Notes under the pieces: model-generated | Told to the model about the DNA's origin: nothing | What the model saw: the letters and a program-made list of their open reading frames with translations, nothing else | Database searches by the model: none | Assembly: GCA_030765685.1 (NCBI GenBank) | Contig: JAVCCB010000041.1 | Location: 75,549-139,548, forward strand | Source of the DNA: Candidatus Tantalella remota | Lineage (GTDB): Bacteria > Omnitrophota > Gorgyraeia > Tantalellales > Tantalellaceae | Length of the DNA: 64,000 nt | Direction: 5' to 3' | In this document: positions 57,933 through 64,000 of the stretch, piece after piece | Layout of the letters: the number at the start of each line of letters is the position of its first letter | Numbering within the stretch: the first letter of the stretch is position 1 | Made by a program: the position numbers and the translations under genes

Positions 57933-58118
57933 TCACTGTTCCCGCCTGAAGACCTTTTTCATCAAGGTCACCTGGTTCTCGTAAAGTTTACTGTAGGCGG
58001 ATATCGTGTCTTTTTTTGGTGCGAGCTTTTTGCTGATAGTAATGTTCTCATTCTCCTCGGGCTTTTTCTTCCCGTAGATCGACCCTCCCACATTACATGG
58101 CTGAATATGCTTTTTCAT
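57933..58118 (-). CDS. hypothetical small basic protein (61 aa) in the mraZ-rsmH spacer
   Basis: ORF MKKHIQPCNVGGSIYGKKK... with a GGGAGC Shine-Dalgarno-like sequence upstream; no recognisable family. Confidence 0.2.
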   Translation of the reverse strand: MKKHIQPCNVGGSIYGKKKPEENENITISKKLAPKKDTISAYSKLYENQVTLMKKVFRREQ

Positions 58119-58379
58119 AATGCTCCCGCGACAAACTGGCGGCTGACCGCCGTCATGTATCTGCTACACACAATCTTTTATTTTTAAATAAGTCTTCCTA
58201 CCCATTTCCGACGACGACACAACATACCTCTTCACTCCAAGATGGGATGTCCCGGCCGGAAGAGCTCTTGCTTTTTTTACCCGCTCTACCATGTTCACAC
58301 AATTGATAAACTCGACTTGTTTCTTATGGTATTTGATAGCGTATCTTCTGTACATCTCTACCCCCCGTCAAAATATCTG

Positions 58380-58817
58380 TTAACCCTCCATTAATCCCTC
58401 GGCGATCTCCTCGTACTGCTCTCTCGAAGACCCATAGAATTCCTGCCACTTCGCTTTGTCCCATATCTCTATCCTGTTAGAGATGCCGATGATCATAATA
58501 CTCTTTGAAAGTGACGCGTGCTCTTTAAGATAATCCGGTACCACTACCCTCCATTGTTTATCAGGTATTACCTCGACCGCTCCCCCGAAAAACTGCCGCT
58601 GGAATTTCCTGGCTGCTTCTTTTGTAAAAGACATAGTCTTGAACCTGTTCTCCTGCGATTTCCACTCACTCTCCGGAAACATAAAAAGACACTCGTCAAG
58701 ACCGCGTGTAAGGTAGAATTTTTCCATGCTCATATCCGTAATGATCTCACGGAACCGCGCCGGTATTATCACGCGGTTTTTCTTATCGAGCTTATGTATA
58801 TACTCACCGTAAAACAT
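58380..58817 (-). CDS. mraZ: transcriptional regulator MraZ
   Basis: 145 aa; duplicated MraZ half-domains (DKKNRVIIPARFRE and PDKQWRVVVPDYLKE). Confidence 0.85.
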   Translation of the reverse strand: MFYGEYIHKLDKKNRVIIPARFREIITDMSMEKFYLTRGLDECLFMFPESEWKSQENRFKTMSFTKEAARKFQRQFFGGAVEVIPDKQWRVVVPDYLKEHASLSKSIMIIGISNRIEIWDKAKWQEFYGSSREQYEEIAEGLMEG

Positions 58818-59174
58818 TTTTTCTCAACCTTTCACGAAACTCTTTTCAACAAAAATATGTTACTCCACTTCACTCCACTTTCTTCCACTTTCAATAACAG
58901 AGTATACACAAAAACCCACCCTTTGTCAAATGGTTGTGCAACCCATTTTAAACTTTTTTAGAAAGTGCGCATTATATAGCAATATAGGGGAATATTAGCA
59001 CATCATATAGTGCTAACAATTAGAAAGATTTTTGGGAATTGAGAATAGGGAATCGGGAATAGATAACAGGTCACGACTTACGTCAGATGCTCGTTGGCAT
59101 TTAACCCGGTCATTTCTAACCTGGTTATTTTCATGGGGGGTGACTTGATGAAAGATAAAGGCAGGTTCGCATTT

Positions 59175-59283
59175 AAAATCCAAATGTCAAAATCCAAATG
59201 ACAAAAACCAAAAGTAGTGTTTCTTTTGGGTTTTGGATTTTTGAGATTCTTTTGGATTTTGGGCTTAGGATTTTGGATTTAAT
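59175..59283. repeat. repeat family A, copy 4
   Basis: AAAATCCAAATGTCAAAATCCAAATGACAAA ... TTTTGGATTTTGGGCTTAGGATTTTGGATTT. Confidence 0.6.
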
Positions 59284-59310
59284 AGCGGGGTATGTACTGG
59301 CTCGCGAATA

Positions 59311-59748
59311 CTACCAATACAGTTTTTCAAAACGCTCGGAGTATCTCTTGATCCATTCTTTCGACGCTTCCTGCAGCGTCATCTCTTTGCCGAGCTGCAA
59401 AGAACGCAAAACGCGATACTCTTCTATCAGATAGATCTGTTCTATAAGTTTTACTTTGAACGCGTCGGCATAAGTCGTGAACGAAACACCTACAGAAAAC
59501 AACCCTGTCGCGTCGTCTTTTACGCAATATTCTACTTTAGCTTTTATGTTGAAGACTTTATCGTAAAGCGGCATCTGGAGTTTTATCACGGCTTTCTCAG
59601 GCACGTCCTTCTTGGCCATGAACATGAGTCCCCCCTCCGAGAAGTTGACCGTCTCGGTCTTCTCGAACTCCTCGTCCTCTGACACCTGGAATTCAAGCGG
59701 GTTGACGAGAAGGTGTCGTATGAAACGCCTTCTTTCTTTCTCTGACAT
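59311..59748 (-). CDS. PilZ-domain protein (putative c-di-GMP effector)
   Basis: ERRRFIRH (RxxxR) followed about 25 residues later by NFSEGGLMF ((D/N)xSxxG), the two PilZ c-di-GMP-binding motifs. Confidence 0.6.
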   Translation of the reverse strand: MSEKERRRFIRHLLVNPLEFQVSEDEEFEKTETVNFSEGGLMFMAKKDVPEKAVIKLQMPLYDKVFNIKAKVEYCVKDDATGLFSVGVSFTTYADAFKVKLIEQIYLIEEYRVLRSLQLGKEMTLQEASKEWIKRYSERFEKLYW

Positions 59749-59850
59749 ATTGTTCCTCTGGTAAAAATAACGACCGTTGCGGAAAGCAAAGCAACCATAA
59801 GTTCAAATAACTATGGCCTGAAGATCTTTTGCGACTGAACACCTGGGATA

Positions 59851-60192
59851 CTATATCAGGTTGGCCTCTTTGAGATCTTTTTCCAGTGCGTCTATAGCTT
59901 CCTTGAGCTTGGGGAAAAGTCTAACGTTTACGTTTATACCTTTTCCCGTTGGCACCTTGTCATCCCCCTGGGGAGGTTGAGTCCAGATCCTGATGTCTAT
60001 TACATCGTTTCCCTGGTATTCAGATATGCGGACTTTTACATCCTGGTATTTGTTTTTCTCGAATACCGCCACATCTCTTTCCATACGAGCCCCCTTGTTT
60101 AACAAAACCTCTGCCCCACTTTTTCCATCCCGGCAGATCTGCTTAGCACTAATATGTTTATTTATATATATGAATATTATAGTAAAAGTCAT
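59851..60192 (-). CDS. PC4-like (YdbC-family) ssDNA-binding protein; start probably at MERDVAV (60084)
   Basis: VFEKNKYQDVKVRISEYQGNDVIDIRIW resembles the bacterial transcriptional coactivator p15/PC4 fold family. Confidence 0.45.
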   Translation of the reverse strand: MTFTIIFIYINKHISAKQICRDGKSGAEVLLNKGARMERDVAVFEKNKYQDVKVRISEYQGNDVIDIRIWTQPPQGDDKVPTGKGINVNVRLFPKLKEAIDALEKDLKEANLI

Positions 60193-60355
60193 AAAAATGC
60201 AAAAAAAATGTGGTTATTTTTTATGACCCTGAAAAATATAAGAAAACGGCCGGCCTAATCCAGGTCTTTTTTTCTGAATATTCCCCTAAAGCAAAAAACA
60301 ACCAAAGTGAATATCAGCACCCAGGAAAGAGATATGAAGATCCATCCGAATATCG

Positions 60356-61981
60356 TCATTGTTCAGACCTCGCAGTTTTGCCACCACCAGAGCCCGCGCT
60401 CTTTTTTTTCCAGGCTATCTTCACCATAACGGTAAGCACCAGGAACAGCAGCCAAAGCCCCACCCTCGTAGCCAGTATGTACGGCCTGTTAGCGTCTGTC
60501 ACATTATCCATCCTTATAACAGGCAGCCATTCCTGAAAGAACCACGCGGTAAGGATCACCAGAAGAAAAACAGGTGTAACATATTTTATTATGTGTTTGT
60601 AAATTCCCGGGATCTTCATGTCCGCCCCGTGATGGACCTCTTCCCAGGCCTTATTTATCCCGAATATCCATCCGAACAAGATCACTTCAAGCGTGGCAAA
60701 AACAACCAGACAAAAAGTTCCGCCCCAGAAATCCAGCTCGTCTACCACCCCTTTCCCCAGAAAGAAGATGGCACCGTTACACAGGACAAAAGTCACCATC
60801 CCGAATATCTTGACCGCCTTCTGTCTGGAAATATTAAACTCATCCTCAAGAAAAGCTATAGCCGGCTGCGCCATAGAAACAGACGAGGTCACGCCGGCGA
60901 GAAATAGCAGTCCGAACCAAAGAAATCCGAGGAACTCGGAAAAGGGCATTTTTCCGAAAATCAAAGGCATGGTAACGAACCCCAGATTGAAAGCACCCGA
61001 ATTCGCGAGAGCCCCCATGGACGCGGCTCCAAAAAAAACAAACGCGGCCGGTATGATGATACTCCCCCCCAGAATGACTTCCGCCGTTTCGTTCATACTT
61101 ACTGCAGTGAGTCCCGACAACACAACGTCGTCCCCTTTTTTAAGATAACTCGCGTAGGTCAATATCACGCCCATTCCCACGCTGAGTGTGAAAAATATCT
61201 GGCCGGTGGCCGCCAGCCATACTTTCGCGTTTAAAAGCTGAGAAAAATCGGGGTTCCATAAATACCCGAGTCCGTTGACTATATTCCAGTCCGGACGCGC
61301 GGGGTCGGGGGTCCCTAAAGTAAGCACACGAATCGCGAGTATCACCCCGAACAGGAGAAGCGTAGGCAGCGCGAACTTACAGAACTTTTCGATACCTCCC
61401 CTTATCCCTCGGCTGAGAACGACCATGTTCAGGGCGAAAGTTATCAGGAAAAATATATATGCTGGTACGATGCTGGAAAAATACTGGTTCTTCTCTAGGC
61501 CCTGAAACCCGCGCAGAAAGGCCTGCATAGAAGATTGGTCGACTATGCTACTGTATTTCTGCGTCAGGGAAAAAAAGCTGTATGCCAGCGTCCACGATTC
61601 AATGTAGGTGTAATATATCATTATCACCAGCGGTCCGAAGATGCCTACGACACCGAAATATTTTATAAACCTGTTCTTTTCTCTCAAGCTGTGAAAAACT
61701 CCCGGAGCTGAAGAATGCTCCAGCCCGCCACCGTATCTGCCGATGGACCACTCTATCCACATAAGGGGTATACCGACAAGAAGAAGCGCCACAAAATAAG
61801 GGATCATAAAAGCACCGCCGCCGTTTCTGGCTGCCTGTACCGGAAACCTCAAAAAATTACCCAGACCGACCGCCGACCCCGCGACCGCCATTATCATCCC
61901 GATGCGCGACCCCCATGAATCTCTTATGCGTTTACCCATATCTCCTCGTAGTCCGGTAACTCGCCCACAAACCTCAATCAA
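60356..61981 (-). CDS. sodium-dependent transporter, SNF/NSS family; start probably at M15 (61939)
   Basis: AVAGSAVGLGNFLRFP and IEWSIGRYGG motifs, 11-12 TM segments. Confidence 0.8.
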   Translation of the reverse strand: MIEVCGRVTGLRGDMGKRIRDSWGSRIGMIMAVAGSAVGLGNFLRFPVQAARNGGGAFMIPYFVALLLVGIPLMWIEWSIGRYGGGLEHSSAPGVFHSLREKNRFIKYFGVVGIFGPLVIMIYYTYIESWTLAYSFFSLTQKYSSIVDQSSMQAFLRGFQGLEKNQYFSSIVPAYIFFLITFALNMVVLSRGIRGGIEKFCKFALPTLLLFGVILAIRVLTLGTPDPARPDWNIVNGLGYLWNPDFSQLLNAKVWLAATGQIFFTLSVGMGVILTYASYLKKGDDVVLSGLTAVSMNETAEVILGGSIIIPAAFVFFGAASMGALANSGAFNLGFVTMPLIFGKMPFSEFLGFLWFGLLFLAGVTSSVSMAQPAIAFLEDEFNISRQKAVKIFGMVTFVLCNGAIFFLGKGVVDELDFWGGTFCLVVFATLEVILFGWIFGINKAWEEVHHGADMKIPGIYKHIIKYVTPVFLLVILTAWFFQEWLPVIRMDNVTDANRPYILATRVGLWLLFLVLTVMVKIAWKKKSAGSGGGKTARSEQ

Positions 61982-62127
61982 AGTAAAAAGTAAAAAGGAT
62001 AAAGGAAAAAGGATAGGTTTTTTGTTGGATATACAGACCCTTCTGATATTTTTTCGCTGCGCCTTCGGCTTGCGGATCCTGCGTCGCTTCGCGCCTGGTT
62101 TTCCCTTTTACTTTTTCCTTTTTCCTT
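61979..62127. repeat. repeat family C, copy 2 (internally deleted)
   Basis: AAAGTAAAAAGTAAAAAGGATAAAGGAAAAAGGATAGGTTTTTTGTTGGATATACAGACCC...GCGCCTTCGGCTTGCGGATCCTGCGTCGCTT...CTTTTACTTTTTCCTTTTTCC. Confidence 0.6.
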
Positions 62128-62364
62128 GCCGTCTAATCCCCGGTATCCCCTCCGGGGCCCTCTCACCTTGTCATTCCGAGCGAGGCCAAAGGCCGAGTCG
62201 AGGAATCTTTTCTAGATCCTTCGTCTCACTCGTTTCGCTTCGCCTTTGGCTTCGCGACTCCTTCTATGCTCACCTTCCTGGCTTGCACGATGTTGCTCGT
62301 TCGCTCAGGATAAAATTCGCCCATATGACTTATGTCGCTTCTCTCCATAAGTCATGGCCTCATT

Positions 62365-62628
62365 TCACTTCAGTCTAACAAACAGCCTTCCCCAATTCTT
62401 GGAATCCTTATCAACTCTGTCGTAAAGATCCTTATTCCTCTCCAGGAACTTAAGAACTCTTTTCTTAAGCTGGCCTGACCCTTTTCCGGGTATTATCTCG
62501 ACCAGCTTTACCCGACTGTCACGCGCATCTATCAAAACGTCACGAAGAGACCGTTCTATCTCGTGATGCTTGTTGAAAATATCATGCAGATCGAGCTTTA
62601 ATTTCTTCATTTTCTGTTCACAGTTCAC
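62365..62628 (-). CDS. Smr-domain protein
   Basis: LDLHD...VEIIPGKGSGQLKKRVLKFL matches the Smr (small MutS-related) LDLHG/GKG core. Confidence 0.65.
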   Translation of the reverse strand: MNCEQKMKKLKLDLHDIFNKHHEIERSLRDVLIDARDSRVKLVEIIPGKGSGQLKKRVLKFLERNKDLYDRVDKDSKNWGRLFVRLK

Positions 62629-62641
62629 AGTTTACTGTTCC

Positions 62642-63052
62642 CTATTCCTCCGCACCCACAGACCGGCGTAATGCCTTCTTCTGGGACTGTTTCCTCTTTC
62701 CCTCTAACATCTTCTCTTTAGCCCGTTTAGACCGCTTTCGCTTCTGGCGGCGCACCTTTTCTATCCTTTTCCTCTCCTCCGACTCCCTGCCGAGGACCAT
62801 TCTTTCGATCTTCCCCAAAAGCGTGCGTCTGGCGATAAAACGGTTTAATGACTGCGATCTTTCCCGTCCGCATTTTACCTCTACTCCGGTGGGACGATGT
62901 TTAAGATATACACAAGTCGCGACCTTGTTAACATTCTGCCCTCCCCGACCTGAGGAACGGATAAACCTCTCGGTAATATCCTTCTCCTTTACGCCAAGAG
63001 AGCTCATATTGTCTTTTAAATGTTTTTCTTTAAGGGGGGTTACGTTGAACAT
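62642..63052 (-). CDS. arfB: ArfB-type peptidyl-tRNA hydrolase (GGQ domain plus basic tail)
   Basis: 136 aa; SSGRGGQNVNKV GGQ motif, lysine/arginine-rich C-terminal tail. Confidence 0.7.
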   Translation of the reverse strand: MFNVTPLKEKHLKDNMSSLGVKEKDITERFIRSSGRGGQNVNKVATCVYLKHRPTGVEVKCGRERSQSLNRFIARRTLLGKIERMVLGRESEERKRIEKVRRQKRKRSKRAKEKMLEGKRKQSQKKALRRSVGAEE

Positions 63053-63178
63053 AAGACGCTCAAAAAAAAGGTTGAGACCAAGGTGAGCTTAACCTCATCC
63101 TCAACCTCAACCTTGATCTAATATCACTTTTTAAGAAAGGTGAACAACAGATCGTCCACCAGAAGAACACTCCTGGCC

Positions 63179-64000
63179 TCAGATCTCCAATACGGAATCC
63201 ACGGTACCAAAAACATTGGTCTCAGCCCTGCTGCTGTCCGGATCCGGCATCCATTCGTCATCCACGAGGAACTTATACCTGTACTTGCCCTTTTCGAGGT
63301 TAAGGTGACCTGACCACTGGCCGTTCTCAAGTTTTGAAAGCCTGTTGGCTTCCGATTTCTCCCAGTCGTTGAACTCACCGAGGACGTATACTGATCCCGC
63401 TTCGGGCGCGTGAAGAAAGAACTCGCGCACCACCATGTCCGTCTCTTTCGTCTCTACGGTAAGGATCTCGCTGGTGAGGTTGTAAAAGTCCAGCGCGGCC
63501 GTACATTTCGGGTCATATTCAAATATGGTCTTGCCGTCCTTGGCTGCTTCCCTGAGCCTGACGCTCGAACGTATCTTGGTCGGGAGAAGATAGGGGCCGA
63601 GTTTCTGCTGGGCGTCTTTTTCAAAACTTTTCGCGAAATTCGAACGCTGATCGTAGATATTCATGACAAAGTATACGGCAGGATCTCTTCCAGTCTCCGC
63701 GTTAAGCAGGCTGGTCACGCGGTACACGCTGTTTATCCCGTTAAATGAAAAATAGCTAAGGTCCATCGGGACCAAAATAAGGTTAGCGGCATACATCGCG
63801 TTGAGCGTGAGAAATCCAAAGCTCGGGGGTGAGTCTATGATAACGTATTCGTATTTCTGGAAGAACGGATCGGACAATGTGCGGGACAAAAGAGCCGCCG
63901 CGCCGTTCATGTTGCCCAGGTTTATTTCCGCGGCGCTCAGCATCATGTTCGCGGGAATAAAGGAAAAGTTATCCCTATCTTCTATAACTAACTCCTCACA
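63179..64000 (-). CDS. ParA/MinD-like ATPase (C-terminal part) fused to a CBM48/AMPK-beta glycogen-binding domain; gene continues beyond the window end
   Basis: YVIIDSPPSFGFLTLNAMYAANLILVPM (ParA deviant Walker B region), then VYVLGEFNDWEKS...GKYRYKFLVDDEWMPDP (CBM48-like). The reading frame stays open upstream of the first in-window ATG at 63946. Confidence 0.6.
   Translation of the reverse strand, partial: CEELVIEDRDNFSFIPANMMLSAAEINLGNMNGAAALLSRTLSDPFFQKYEYVIIDSPPSFGFLTLNAMYAANLILVPMDLSYFSFNGINSVYRVTSLLNAETGRDPAVYFVMNIYDQRSNFAKSFEKDAQQKLGPYLLPTKIRSSVRLREAAKDGKTIFEYDPKCTAALDFYNLTSEILTVETKETDMVVREFFLHAPEAGSVYVLGEFNDWEKSEANRLSKLENGQWSGHLNLEKGKYRYKFLVDDEWMPDPDSSRAETNVFGTVDSVLEI

Noticed and set aside
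61978-62166. 62-aa minus-strand ORF
   Set aside because: It falls entirely within the family-C repeat element and is arginine/glycine-rich, a repeat-driven artefact.

Overview
The window is about 64 kb from a diderm (Gram-negative-type) bacterium, probably an uncultivated lineage. I infer this from the lgt, lspA and PilQ-secretin genes and from the unusual intergenic DNA. GC content is about 50 percent. Every convincing gene, roughly 50 of them, lies on the minus strand. The long plus-strand ORFs in the track are antisense shadows of those genes.

Reading the minus strand from coordinate 64000 down to 1:
- A partial ParA-like ATPase fused to a CBM48 glycogen-binding domain, then ArfB, an Smr-domain protein, an SNF-family sodium symporter, a PC4-like protein and a PilZ protein.
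- A near-complete dcw cluster: mraZ, rsmH, ftsL, ftsI, murE, murF, mraY, murD, ftsW, murG, murC, murB, ddl, ftsQ, ftsA. No ftsZ follows ftsA.
- In the place where ftsZ would normally sit there is a 455-bp spacer carrying an array of GGGAC motifs, followed by a single uninterrupted 8,145-nt ORF. That ORF encodes a 2,714-aa protein with domains not known to occur together: an N-terminal signal anchor, two GHKL/HATPase-like segments, a radical-SAM/SPASM-like segment, a GlnE/GlnD-like nucleotidyltransferase segment, a guanylate-kinase domain and a DUF89/ARMT1-like phosphatase segment. Repeated KGSP linkers separate the domains.
- The proC-yggT-yggU cluster, mtnP, ileS, a dksA/traR-like gene, lspA, lgt, an RluA-family pseudouridine synthase, aroA, and mreB-mreC-mreD-mrdA-rodA.
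- A B12/radical-SAM protein, a HAMP-GAF protein with a degenerate GGDEF domain (EEYEF), and a type IVa pilus locus: pilT, a standalone MshEN-domain protein, two tandem pilB paralogs, pilC, two tandem pilin paralogs, a TMTC-like GT-C glycosyltransferase with TPR repeats, and pilM-N-O-P plus the 5' part of pilQ.

Intergenic regions are unusual. Almost all are built from degenerate tandem repeats with a 7-nt period. At least three MITE-like dispersed repeat families also occur. One hexamer (GGTTAA)9 microsatellite and one clear rho-independent terminator are present. No rRNA, tRNA or CRISPR array could be supported.
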